From Podarcis pityusensis (lineage: Eukaryota): a DNA stretch of 64,000 nucleotides. Position 1 is the stretch's first letter. Each line of letters starts with the position of its first letter. Under the pieces are notes generated by a model. That model did not search any database. It saw nothing but the letters and a program-made list of their open reading frames with translations, and was not told where the DNA came from. A program made the translations under genes and the position numbers. This document shows, one piece after another, positions 35,851 to 49,300 of this stretch. Location: assembly GCA_964106645.2 (NCBI GenBank), contig OZ067048.1. The stretch is one strand, 5' to 3'.

Positions 35851-37884
35851 CTGTTCTTCTCAAGCCTAGTAGCTTGCTTCAACTTTATTAACACACACCC
35901 CTAAGATGCTTGCAGGTTTGCTGAAGATTAGATGGCTACAGACATTTTGTCAGATTCCAGACATTTAGGGCTGATTCACAGATGCAGGCACATTATTTGA
36001 ACAGTTTTCATTGGGGCAACCATGTTATTCTGTTGCAGCATCAGCTTGGTAACTTGATTACATGGAATGACTAGCAGCTAAATGCTTCAGCTCAACATTT
36101 CTAGTAATGTTAAAATTGTATCTAACTCTGTACTGGTTCATACACGCATACAAGTCATTGCTGCAGTTATCAAACAGTTAACAGGAATGTGTGAACAAGC
36201 TCTTGGGATGTAAGATGCACAATTTTAGCCTAAATAGAATATGATCTGAAATCTGTTCATGAGCAGAGACCCATATAATTTTACGCAACACGTTTTTCCA
36301 TTTATATACACAGCCTATTCATTCCCTCAAAGAGATGAATTCAGGGCATGTTCTGTATTCCCTTTACCTGTGAAATTTAATGGGCTCTTAACTAGCTACA
36401 CAAAGAAAATTAATGGCACTAGCTTGCCATATACTTAATAAATGTCTTTTCTAGCTGCTGACAAAGGCAGCAAGGGCAGCAAGGGCAGCTGGAGGTCTTA
36501 ATATGATTTTTGGGCTGTTTGGATGAGGATCAATGGCACTGTAGACTGGGCAGGAGAGAGTTTTCTCTCTGCCCATTAGCCAACTTTGGATGAAGTTTAA
36601 CAGTTATTAACAAAGCCGCACCTGAAAAATAAATATAAATATATTCTGCAGTCTACATGCTTATTCTCCGAAATGTACCAGGTGAGATTCAGAAGGAATG
36701 CTCAGTACACAACCACAACATATTATACTGAAGTTAATATGGAAGGCTACCAGATTTCCACTGGATATATTCATGCATTATCTATATGTATTGTACAGAG
36801 CACTACTGACTTTCATTATGACTCAGAACAGAGGCAGATACTGATCTCTGACATTATACAGGCAACATTCCTTTTTGGTCTTCCCCATCACAGATGGGAT
36901 AGATTCAGGAATCGTTTCGTCGCTGCTGCAAAAAGCTTCAAGGTGAACTAGGTTTTAGAAAACTGATCCTTCACCAAATATGCAATGAATAACAACTTTC
37001 ACTATATATTCTGGACAATGGGTAATATTCCTGTGCATGTTTCACTTGTGTGTGTACTATATCGTTTCCTTACAACGGCCATTTTCTGTTAGCTATATGT
37101 TACGGAGAAATAATGGATATTCTCCAGCAAGGCTTACCCAAAACACTAGAGAAAACACTGGAAAAGTCACCAACGCGCAGTGCTTTCCCACCAAGTCACC
37201 GCAAATAACTGTAGTCATTGAGTTATGCTAAAATGATGTGAATATAAAGAAGTTCCCTTGGCAACCAGAGGCAGCAAATCCTGATTGGATGCAGGTTAAG
37301 TGTTTTGTCTGAAATCTCTTCACACTACAGGGAAAAGGAGCCGTATTCTTTGTTGCAAGATATTTCATAGAAGAAAAGGGAGATACAAGGAAAATAGTCC
37401 TCTCTTTCTTCCTTTCCTTTGGCAGGAATGGGATCTCGGTAGACTAGAAAATACAGGGGTTTGCCCTGCCTGGAATAAGGACACAGATCACAAGCATGAG
37501 AAGGAATGAGCTAAATACAAAAGGAGCCTAAAGAAGAAGGGGGAGGAGGGAAAAAGGCTAGAACACACTGAAGCTATGTTTAGAAGCATTAAACAAATCT
37601 TACAAATAGGCAGTCTATTAAATGGAGAATAAGAATTAGAAAAGCAGCACCAAAAATACAGAATGCAATGTTATCATGGATAAAGCTACCATTTGTTTAG
37701 GGACACGGAATAACTGCTTCTGTCTTAAGGGAGGAGTGCTGATTGTTATAGCTAGTGTAGCAGAGGCAGAGGCTACGTGGGACCTTCAACTGCTCCTTGA
37801 GTTGTTCTAACCAGGAACAAGAAACATGGTAGGAACAATTGGGAACTTCCTCACTCAGGCCCATTCCTAACAGGCTGTATCTGC

Positions 37885-38294
37885 AGAAGGGGTAGAAATC
37901 CCCCATGTAAAGTGAACTTGCCTAATTTGCATTTTGCAAAACGATACGCAAACGGAAACATAGACATACTTCAAAATTTGCCCCTTTCTGAGTTATTCAA
38001 TGCAGTTCCACAGCCAGGTAATGTGCAACGAAAATGCATATACTAGGGTAAAAGCATGCATATAATAGTGAAAATAACATACAGAAATGCATTACATTAG
38101 TCAAAAATGCATTGCAAAAATGTTCACATTAGGCAAATTGCATACAAAGAGGTGTAAGTTAGGAGAAATAGACACCCAAGTGGCTGATTTTTCACGAGAA
38201 CCCCTCTTTATTGCAGACTGCTTTGGAAAGGTGAACTGAACTTGAAAAGTGAGAAGCTAGGAGAAACTAAAACTGAAACATTTGTCCAGCTCTA
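37885..38294. repeat. Unclassified interspersed repeat, probably a non-autonomous DNA transposon, with repeated aaatgcat motifs
   Basis: Internally repetitive aaaatgcata/aaatgcatt/aattgcata motifs; ends not clearly resolved. Confidence 0.4.
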
Positions 38295-40657
38295 GTAGTA
38301 TCCAAGGGTGGTTTTGGGCTAGCAGAAAGAGCTTCCACACACAAATGGCAAGGCACCAAATTTTCAGCAATCCCCCGTACCGACTGCAGCTCTCCATGCA
38401 ATATCTCATTTCAGAGGATCCCCCTACCTTCAAAAACAGTTTTAAGGGTGATGCAGCCAATAGAGGGGATTGCTGGAAAGTAGAATTAAAAGCTTTGCAT
38501 ATTTGTGCACGTTATATAGCATTATCCTGAGCTCAATACATATACCAATGTCTACTTAACCCCTCCAACTTGATGCAATGTCATGATATCGTATTATAAT
38601 GCTTGGATACCATTAGAAAGGTAAAGGATAAAAGGGGTGGAATGCTTAAACTGAAATTATGGACTTATAATGCAAAAAAGGATACAATTTGTTTGGAATA
38701 GGTTTAAGTGGGCAATACACTTTACTGTTACTAACACTTTCAGCTAGCTTCATTGCCACTATGAACATCTTTAATAATAAAAAAGTAATTAGGGCTGGTT
38801 GATTTAAGAGGAAAGAACTCTAAAACTATGACAGTGATGACTTAATATTGCAAATTACAGTTTTTAGTACAGGTAATTTAGCATACCAAATCACAGTTCT
38901 AATTTCTTTCCACAGGGCAAAAGCAGAAGAAATGTACTTGTGGGGGAGGATGCGACACTGAAAAGGAAAGTCTCTTAAAAAGAAAAACCCTTGAAAATAT
39001 TAAGAAATGTAACCTACTTATTCACAAAAGTGCTCCAGCCATACAAGAGAGCTAGATAGCTCATCTTCTAAATCATATATCCAAATGTATATATTCAGAA
39101 GAATGAGTTTCTGAAGAATAATGGGAATGATGTATCCCAAAGAAATGTGTAAGCATACACACTATACTGATTTGTTCAAAAAGAAAGAAAGAATTGTTGA
39201 TTATTCCAATGAAGTATTAATATATGAATTAGGTATCTTCTTGAGTAACTTCCACAATGCTGAGTAGTGAATGGAAACAGCCACTACAAGATATATAGAA
39301 ACTGAAATAGTGTTGTAATTTACCTCTACGCATATTGATACTCTTTTGAAAAAAATTACCACCTCGAAAATGCACATAAAGCATGTTGCCAGGTCTTGCA
39401 GATACCACTGATGGCAAGCAAGGCCATTTTGGGTAGAGATGAGTGAACTCCCTTCACTTAATTTGAACTGGGACCAGAAGTTATGAGCATACATGTTCTG
39501 CCCCCTTCTTCAATTATTCTAAATCCACTTGCAATTGCACATTCCCGGTTCTGGGGGCAGCAGGCGGTTGAAGGAACACAGAGGAACGACTTCTTTCCTC
39601 CCTCGGTGGCTATAGTGCTTGCTTGTATATAGAATGTGGAAGTCACTGAAAGTGTCATATCCCAAACAAAGGAATTACAAACTAATCTGATTAATTAGAA
39701 ACTCCTTGGCTAAAAAGGCAGAATGGTGGAAGGAGTGAGGCTGACTGAACCTGCCTGCCTCCTAAGTTCCTTTCTGAGAGGGCTGCCTAACTTCCTTAAA
39801 AAAAAAAAGTAAGGTCAGAGCCTGGGGCCCCTTGAAAACACCAGCAACTGCGCCATTGATCATCCATCCTTGAACATATTTATATATGAGCATGTTAAGA
39901 AGTTATTCCCCCCTTTTTTTTCCTTTCTCAGGTGTATAGTGACAAAACATCTTATGTCAACACAAATATTTTTGCAGAAAAACAGGAAGGAAACAAGTGG
40001 GACGTACAACAAGATGTTGCAGTGTATCCTTCTTACTAAAAGGAATGCTCTTGTTTCGGGTTTTAACCAGATGTTCACACCAAGGAAGGCATTCTACTAT
40101 TCTCCCCTGGCTGGTCACAGAACCATTTCTGAACTTCCTTGCTGCCATTCTAATATTCTGTGGCTACTGAACATAGTCCACAATAGTTTTGCCCTCTTGT
40201 TTGTCTGTGGTCTCAACTGAGCTTCAATCCTGTTGGCACTCACCATTTATTAGGCAGAGTGATTAACGTTATGGAATCAGAGTTGCACCATTTTTTAAAA
40301 AATACTACACCCAAACAAATTAAATTAGTCCCTGCCAGTTAAAATGTATGAGATATGTAGCTTCCAAGAATAACCAGAACACACTTTTTTCCACAATGCA
40401 GAACCACCACAGAATTGGCTTGCATGGAAGCAGTTATTACTAATCTTCCAGTATATGACCCTATTTGGAAGAGTAAGAAAGCCAAAGAATATAGCACAGT
40501 TAAACAAATAAAACTTCACAGAAGGAAAATTCTCAAGACCAGATCTAATTTTCCTTTCCCATTAATCTTCATGGCCATTAGTTCTAACATCTTGGTTGTT
40601 CACCAGCATGAATTACACCTATATAGCCAATGGCTAATTTCCGAAAAGAAAAATGTA

Positions 40658-40967
40658 TAGGCATACCTCGGAGATATGCCGGGTTTGGTTCCAGACAACC
40701 GCAATAAAACAAGTATCGCAATAAAGTGAGTCGCACCATTTTTTAAAAGTTTCCCAGTGCATATAAAAGTTATATTTACACTATAGTATAGTCTATTAAG
40801 CCAGGCTTGCTGGCTGCAGGGGGGGAAAACCAAGCTCTAGCCCTAGCCTGGTCAGAAGAGGGGTGATGGCAGCAGGAGGCTTCCTTTCCCTGGAAGCAGC
40901 TGAGCTGCCCACAACTGCGCCCGTGTCCTCGTAAAGAGCAATATCTGTAAAGTGCAAGGTGTGCCTG
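40658..40967 (-). mobile_element. Non-autonomous Tigger1-like (pogo/Tigger) element
   Basis: TA at both ends (40656-40657 and 40968-40969); TIRs taggcatacct and aggtgtgcctg; 40658-40800 closely follows the recalled mammalian Tigger1 terminus CAGGCATACCTCGGAGATATTGCGGGTTCGGTTCCAGACCACCGCAATAAAG...GTCTATTAAG. Confidence 0.85.
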
Positions 40968-41385
40968 TATAAGCTCAGGCCCATCTGCAAGCCAGAAACT
41001 CTGATATAATGGGTGGAGCTGGTTAGTGGAAGGTTCGTAGGAGGTATGAACAAATACATTCCACAGAAGGATTCCTTTTCAACCCAAACCAAACCAGGGC
41101 TTAGTTCAGCGTGACAGCAAAACTGTCAGAGGGGAACAAAGTGGCAAAGTGACAGTGATCTCTCTACATGCTTGCATTCTTGTGCTAGACCATAATTTGG
41201 GTTAGCATCACATTCGAACTAAGCCACTGTGCTTATATATCAGAATGTTGATCACTTGGAATATGGAACTTAAGTGCCAACTAAGGACATAAGCGGACAT
41301 CTGAAATTGTGGGAAATGTGTACCTTTGGCAAAAGTGTCAGAATGCAACTGATGGGAAAGAAAGCAAACAAGGGCAAACTTGGCG

Positions 41386-41394
<9 letters not shown>

Positions 41395-41435
<41 letters not shown>
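41395..41435 (+). repeat. (TG)n microsatellite
   Basis: Direct reading. Confidence 0.97.
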
Positions 41436-41437
<2 letters not shown>

Positions 41438-42697
41438 AGGAAGCATTATCGTGACTAGAGATGGGCAGAGCATTATTTTTAACAAGCAGTTCATTTTTAA
41501 TATTCTCTTTAATATTCCAGGGCTGTAGTTTTAAAATGTCCTTGTCCAGAGCTTGGACATACAGTAATTGAAATGTTTAATTCTATAATAAATAATTACA
41601 TAACCTCATTAGATTCAGAAAATCCCAGCAAATATATTTCCATTGTGTTATTTTGTAAACCCATTCTTAGAACATTTATCTATATATTTAAGTACAAGTT
41701 CCCTAAATCCAGGGGCATTTTAGTAAAGAGAGAAATCTAATTTAGTTTATGTTCCTAAACAGTTAATAAAGTTAAGAACTGCCTTCAATATGACTTGCGT
41801 TATACTTGGAATACTCAATAAATTGATCACTGTTATGTATATTATATTTGACGAGAGAGAAAAAGCTCCTTGCAAGAATCAGAGTAATGTATTCAATAGT
41901 TTGCAAACCCACAGTCCCAGAGAGACTAACACAAGTCCAAATGTGATCTCTCAATGCTGAACTCAGAATGGCTACTGCAAGTTAATTCAGAACCATACAG
42001 TGCTGCTTTTGATGTCAATTGCCTTAATGTGAGATCAGGAACGATTGCTGCATTATGATAGATCAAGGCTGCTTTCAAAAGTGATGCTTAGAGTGTCTTT
42101 TAGTTATTAACACTTTGAAGAAAATGTTAATATGGCTAATTCTGCATTTAACACAAGAAACAAGACATTTTTAATTTGAGTGACAGCCCCTAGAAACAGG
42201 GTTGTAAAATTTGTGAAGAGACATGGCTTTGAAGATGGGCATGATTAATTCCTGACTGTCCCAAGTAAAACCAGCACCAATTTAAGTACATATTGGGAAA
42301 GTCAAAGTTATAAGAGTAGCTTGTTTGGACCAAGGGGTTATGGAAACCAAACAAATTTTCTGTTATCTTTTATTGCATCTGATTTTTCCATTTCCATTTT
42401 TTCCTTTCTGAAGGATTCCAGATCCAACCAGCGGGCATCAAATAGGTGATGGCCTTTACCATCACACAAGGCAGGCAGGTATTCTTATGTTGATGAGGTG
42501 ATCTGGAGTTTCAAATTATTTGACTGTCTGACTAAACACTAGCAGAGCTGATCACACCCCTTAGTTTAAGCTGCAGGCACAGCTGGAATAGGTGATCAGA
42601 GGGAGGAATTTGCAGAACAAGCGGTAGCTACATATGTAGGAAATTGGAATTCTGCAACATTTGGGGCTTAGTCTAGCAGTACTGAGTTTTACCTATT

Positions 42698-42804
42698 GGG
42701 TTATATCCAATGTTAGTAATACTCAGAGTAGGCCTGTCAAAATGAACAGACTCAATTTATTTCCATGGATCTACTCTGAGTATGACTGACACTGGTTATC
42801 ACCC
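42698..42804. repeat. Short palindromic interspersed element; relatives at 1646-1760 and partially at 2325-2375
   Basis: Perfect inverted 13-mer atactcagagtag (42719-42731) and ctactctgagtat (42771-42783); degenerate outer arms gggttatatcca and tggttatcaccc. Confidence 0.7.
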
Positions 42805-45730
42805 ACTGATTTGAATTTAACCAACTGAATATTCAACTGTAATATTAACAATGTTTTAAACAGGATAACAGCAAACAAGATAAGAGTGTTACATGGCACA
42901 TGACTTGAACATCAGTGGAAGAGCAAGTCAGAACAATGTAATGCGATCAATGCTGAAGTAATATTTGAGTGGGCAAGATTATTTATCAGAACTACACTTT
43001 TCCAGCCACTTAAAAGCTCCTCATAGGCTACTAACAAATATATATCACAGAAAGGTTAATTATTTTGCTCATGAGTCTACGGTTTCTTTGGGGCCGTCAG
43101 AGAGAAAACCCTTTTCATCTAAAAACCTATTTCAGGGAGTGCCCACAGAGGCTTTCTAGAAGTAGTCAAGGAGTTAGCCATTCATTTTGAGTAAGAGGCA
43201 AATATCTATACCAGTTCTGAGGAAAGACACTTTTCATAATCACCCAACTATCTGCTAAGTGAAAACATATGGCGCAGTTTAGGCAAAGCTTGCCAAAGGT
43301 CTTTATTGAATGGAAAACAGGTGCTCTTGTTGTCTGCCATGTAATACCCTATTTACCCCCAAGTCCAAAGGTTACTGGACTAATAGTTGCCTTGTGGTAA
43401 TCGGGGAAAACTAAGTTACTTGGCATGGTCAAACATCTGGGACATATTTTATATGCTTGCAACATATGCTTCAGCTTCAATTAAAGTGAGGCTTTGGCAC
43501 ATTTATTAATCTTTTGACTTTTATTCTATAAGGGGACCCACTGACCTCACTTTGCTATTTTACCAAATGAGAAAACAGAAAAGTAATGAGAGCTAGAGGT
43601 CAGCATCAATCAACACTGCAGAATTTACATTTGTTTTCTCTCAAAACTGTATTATACACACCATTAAAATGTGTGAATTCACTCTTGTTGTGTATTACAC
43701 ACAATTATTCATGCAATACAAGTCTAGTTTAGGGTATGGAGGAGAACTAAAACTAATCCTTCTAAAATTCTGCAAATGTAAAGGTTCTCTTCCAAAAATA
43801 CAGTGTCTAGTCTCTAGGAATGCTTTGCAAAATAATCTTGTGTACATTATTTGCATCGAACTATAGTGTTACATAAACCCAGACACTTATGAACATTATA
43901 TTGTGAATATTCAGTCTAAACGTTTTCCCATAAGAATAAATAGCATGGAATTCATATCTTCATGGTTTGAGTAGTTATATTCAAGAAGTATTTTGGAACC
44001 ATTTTGTTGGATTCAGACTGCCAAATACCGTTCCAGATAGTATACTATTTTTAGCTTAGTATGGTTTGCTTGTTAAGTAATTTACACAAGACAATAAAAT
44101 ACTTTTCTTGATTACTTAGTAACAAAAAGAATGGGTCAATTCCTTAATTACTAAGTAGCTAAGATTTATTTAAACAAAGGGTATATTAGAAGTACTTATG
44201 TGTATACATTTTACAGGTGTTGCAGATATTTCTATGGATACAAAAATTACTGGACATTCCCATATAATATGCTATAATTATAATGAAATATGAACAAGAG
44301 GAGGAAAATACTCACAAATGGATAGCAGACCTACGTTTATCAGAGGAGAAATGCTTTTGAGTTAATATACAAGCTCACTACATCTACATGGCTGACCTTC
44401 ACAATAAATCACATATTCTGTTGCCAGACATATACACTACTGAAAGAAAGCACACGTGGCTTTGCACAAAGAAAATTTAGGTATGACGTTATTTCATGAT
44501 TGCAGCTTGTATCAAAATGATTTAAATGTGTTCAAGGGAAAAAATGCTGTCTCTGTCTCTTGAATGTTAAGATAATAAGGAAATAGTCCAAATTTTCATC
44601 TTTCAAAACACAGACCTTAATTGTTCAAAGGGCTAACTAATCACAGTGAATTTTCTGACACTTGAAATGTTTAGTAGCTGCCAGCCTACGAATTCTTATA
44701 GCGGTACAGAACTGTACATCTCTACTAGCAACAAAGGTCAAGGGCATAAATTAAGATACTTTTTCTTTCTTTCTCTAGCCTTAAAAAAAGTCAGTGCTTT
44801 ATTACAACAGAAGTACAAGAACATTCGTAAAGGTCAATGTTTTCTGTATTTAACGTGAAGTGTTTTAAAAGAATCTGAATACTTTTCTCTATAAATGCCC
44901 TCATTTCAAAACTTAAAACACAACAAAACATTTATCTTGCTGTACTTTTACTTCCCCACAAACCAGTCCTGCCAACTAATGCCATTGCTTCACTCTTACA
45001 AGGTCATTCTAATTTCCTCTCTGTGCCTCTTCCCTCCCCTCTAGGGACGACCATGCAGTCCTATTGCTTGCTTCAATAACCTGTATAAACTAGCTGTTAT
45101 TTACTGTGGTGGCAAATCCTCGACCTGACCAGCAACCTAGGAACTGAGCAACATTCTCAAGAGCTAAAAGAGCTACCATAGTCCCTTAGGTTGATGCTGG
45201 GCTGCACAACACCAATCCCAAATCCATCTGTAAGAGGCCCATGAGAATTGTGATTATTTAAATATCATACGGAGTGAAACACGCACCAAACACTCTTCTG
45301 CCAAGTAATTCTCAGAAAATTATAGATGGCAATAGACCACCTTCAAACAGTGTGGCTTTTCTATTTTTACAACATTTCTTCCCACAAGTACAGCCCTATT
45401 TGTAATACTCAAGACAGGACAAATTTTTGTCCTTCAAAAACAGTTGTCACTGCAGTTATCTTCACAACAGCTATCAAGTTCCAGACAAGCTGAATTATTT
45501 TTGTTCCTGGTAGGAGGGAAAAAACCTGACCCAGCTCTGGACAAAAAAGGGAGGATTTATAGTCCTCTTTCCCTTCCTACAATATACACTGGCATTGTTA
45601 GGATGATAAACAGCTCTGTCCAATTTTCTGGACTAAAAACACTTCAGCTCCTTTTTAACTGTCTGCAAGAACAGTGTCATGTCTAAATTCTCCCATCCCC
45701 AGGTACCCAAGTGCTAGGAAAGATAATTAC

Positions 45731-45784
45731 CTTGTCATCTCTGTCATCCTCTTCTTCCTCGTCCTCTAGCATGTCCTCCACTAC
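45731..45784 (-). CDS. MCTP1: MCTP1 54-nt acidic exon, VVEDMLEDEEEEDDRDDK
   Basis: gtctgcag| ... |gtaatt; phase 0/0; joins ...QRDT to DSEKK... Confidence 0.93.
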
Positions 45785-46029
45785 CTGCAGACACAAACAG
45801 GAGTAGTTGTCATGAGTCAACAAGGTAGTGTTTTGTTCTGCCAAATCATTAAGCCTTCCGTGGTTGGAAATCTTTATTAAATATTTCCAAATAAATGCAC
45901 AATAGGAAAATTTAGCCTACAGATTCAAACTATGGTAATACTCTGAAAAGTTTCGTCCTGTATACAATCCCATCAAGATGGTGCCCTGATTTGAATGCTA
46001 TGTTAAGAAAAAAGCAAGGCTCATTATGA

Positions 46030-46330
46030 ATGTGCACGCCGAGTCCGCACTTGTCACTTTGCTGCTGTTTGGCACTCAGCTAAGTCATAGTTTGGTTTAG
46101 CATGTCATCTGAACCCAGACTTGTGGTTTAGTTCTTCTGGACAAACCATTAGCAGTAACCTATATAGGACAAACCTTCGTTATGGCTCATGGTTAGAGCC
46201 AAAACTAGGATTTTGATGGCACACTAAGGCAAACTATGGCTTAGGTCAGCACAGCCCTAGAGCAAAGCAACCAGAAAGGAGTGAAGCAGCTGTGATCTCC
46301 TTTCCAGGACTCTCATAGCCCTGCCAAGCA
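46030..46330. repeat. Unclassified squamate repeat; related segments near 41030-41230 and 46860-47090
   Basis: Recurrent aaaccat/actatggcttag/tggtttagcat...tctgaac motifs in both orientations. Confidence 0.4.
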
Positions 46331-49300
46331 AATGATCCTTGAACTGAAAGGAGATTTGCAATGATTGGGTGGAAACTAACTTATCATTGTAAAAAGCAAG
46401 CTGTACGACTGTATATATAGCAGACCAAAAACAAAGTAAAAGGTGGTCCCTGAAGGTAAAGAGTCCAAGGACAAGGACTCCTTAACTGAGTGCTAGAGCA
46501 CTAAGATATACAAAAGGCACACATTGAGAAGCATAGAAATGGAATTGAAGAAACAGTAGATTTTTTTCAACCACTGAAAGATTGCGACCTTCACCTAACA
46601 GGACACTATTTGCATGTTGACACTGTATTATTTATAGTATTACTGCAGTTACTAGACAGTTTGCAACCATATTTTGCATGATCACACTATGGCCATATGG
46701 CCATGACTGACTGTCTGTTGTGGCAACAAGCTGCAGTGAGCATCAGGCTCATTCACTCCCTTCTTCCCTCCCCCTGCTTATCCAGAAATGGCTGCATTTC
46801 GTTTTACTTAACTGTGCTTTGCCATACTATCAAGACAAACAAACTGCGGTTAAGATTAATATGGTTATTTCAAACAATCTTCGAACCATAGCTACTGGAA
46901 GCTACCATAGTAAAATTTAAGCACAATTCCAAGTCTGAACTAAGTAACATGCTGTAGTTGATCAAAAGGGGAAGTGAAAGAGCCCAAACACATCCTCCTG
47001 GCTGTAGGAAATGGGGAGACGAATGGAGGGCTGGGGAATGTGCAAACCAGAAATTCTCTATTGCTTGTTTTATGACTTATCATGACTTCTGATATATGTA
47101 TTAACAGCCAATATGTACCAAGAGCTTTTGCATGCTTAACTCTTGTAACACAGTTTAGATTTAAGGTAGGTGATCACAACACTCTCACATGAACAATACA
47201 GTGTATGCAGAAGGCTAGGGTTATTTCTTCAATGTATTTCGCCTCAAAATTGTTTTGTTTTCATTGTTTTGGTTTCCAATTGAAATAGTATGCACAGCAC
47301 AGATATATCTGATATGGACCTGTGATACAAAGATGAATAAATACTACTACTAACAATAACCGTATAAAATACCCTGGTTTCTTAAATTCTGTGTGTAAGA
47401 AGGCTTTTAAAAAATATTCAAAGTAACTACTACCTAGGTATAAGATTCAGGAAAATCTGTACCATAGGTTGTTTCTACACATGAGATTAATCCTAGCCAT
47501 TTTCTCAGAACAGATTATAAACAGGGCCATCTATGTGATTTGATGATAGAGAAGTTTGCCTATTAAGCTGACTAGTCTTTGTGAGTAGTTATCTCTATTA
47601 AATAGCTTGGGGGGGGGGGGAAGGTGACTGCTAAGGCTTGCAAGAGAATGGATATACACAGCGTAGGCTAGAGAAGGGTCAGAAGACGGAAAGAAGTATT
47701 TCCCCTTTTAGAAATAAATTGTGGCAATGAATAATCTCCATCCCAAATTGGTCATTATTTGTGATGAGCAAACTCTCATTGAAAATCTATTTGGTCTTTT
47801 TACCCATTCCTTGATAATACTGCGGGGGTAGGTAACCTTGATCATTTCCTCCCAACTACTCTTGATGAAAGCTAAAAAACTAAATGAAGCATGCCTGCCT
47901 CTATCCTTTCAGTTTCTCTTTCCCAGCCATCTCTCTCCCCATATTGCTGAGAAGTGGAAGGGGGCATAAGTGGTGATGGGAAGGTCTTGCTTGTCCTTAA
48001 TAGGAAATGGAATTCATGAACATGTCATGGAGAAAGTAAGGAAGAAGCCCTTCAGCCGCATGCAGTGAAATTTTCCATAGGGGAACAGTTCAGGCCAGAG
48101 GCATCACATCTTCCTCTCTAAGCCAGACACAAACTTCCCAGGCTTTGGGAAGGAAGTGCCAGGGGAATATTTAGGGGACTAGCCCAGTCCCCCTAGTCCA
48201 CTGACCACACGCTACTGAAGCCCTTATATGCTAGGTTTCTATGTGAACCCTGCAGTTTGGAAGTCTATCGAGTTGTGTGAAGAACTTATACAAATACTTT
48301 TTAGAGACCATTATTTTTACTTGTGTTTTTTTTTAACGTTTCCCCCCATCCCTTTCCTAGCAATGCTTTCCCACTAAACAGCAATACTTCCTTTTATCCT
48401 TATAAGTTAAAAAGAGCAGCACAGGAGGAGTGCCAAAAATATGAGTGTTAATGTAGCTTCTACTACTGTTTGTGTTGGAGCAGGCCATCAATGTTTCATT
48501 TTCATTGTTGATTCAAAGGATCACCTGAAGGTGTTGCAGGAACCAAAGTGTGGTTCTCAGGGGTGAGAGAACAACACTCCCTCCATCCTCTGCCTTTGGT
48601 TCTATCTTTCTGTTCAAATAACTCATGTGTTATTGGGGGCAATGCAAGTAATGCAGCCGACTTTTCGAGAGAAAGTTTATTCCACAGCATATACATTTCA
48701 ACTGCATTTATTCTGTAGTTATTCAGGATCATTTCAGCTTTGCTTTATAAGGCACTGCTGTTCCTTCTCAGACCTTTGGATGGCATAGCATCTAAATAGT
48801 TGAAAAAAATATTATAGGGCAAACATTAAGGAAACAGTATTTTACTTAAGGTTTATGTGGGGGGGGGGGAATGCTTAACATTGCTTCAGAATCTGTGCTT
48901 TAAATTTTGCTGTCTGCAACCTTGCTTGAAATCCAGCATTATTAATCAAACAAAGGAAAGGCACCGGGGAAATCAGAAAGCTCTAATGCAAGCAGTTAAA
49001 AGTGACATGACCTTCTGTAATGTCACTTGTCACAGATGTATATGACACATAGCAGTGGAAGATATTGAAAGAACCTAATTCCTGGTGCTGATCCATGATT
49101 ATTATACGAATATAGATGACACTTAAGAGCATACATAAGATGGTCTCACATATTACACACTAGTTTCTTTATTGTGCTTACTGTTTAGCCATAAATTACA
49201 CAATATGGCTCAAGAACCCTCTTCCCTTTCTGCTTTGCAAGGTATTTATTGACAAAAAAGCAAGACAGAATTATTTGTATGACAGCATTCAGACTATATA

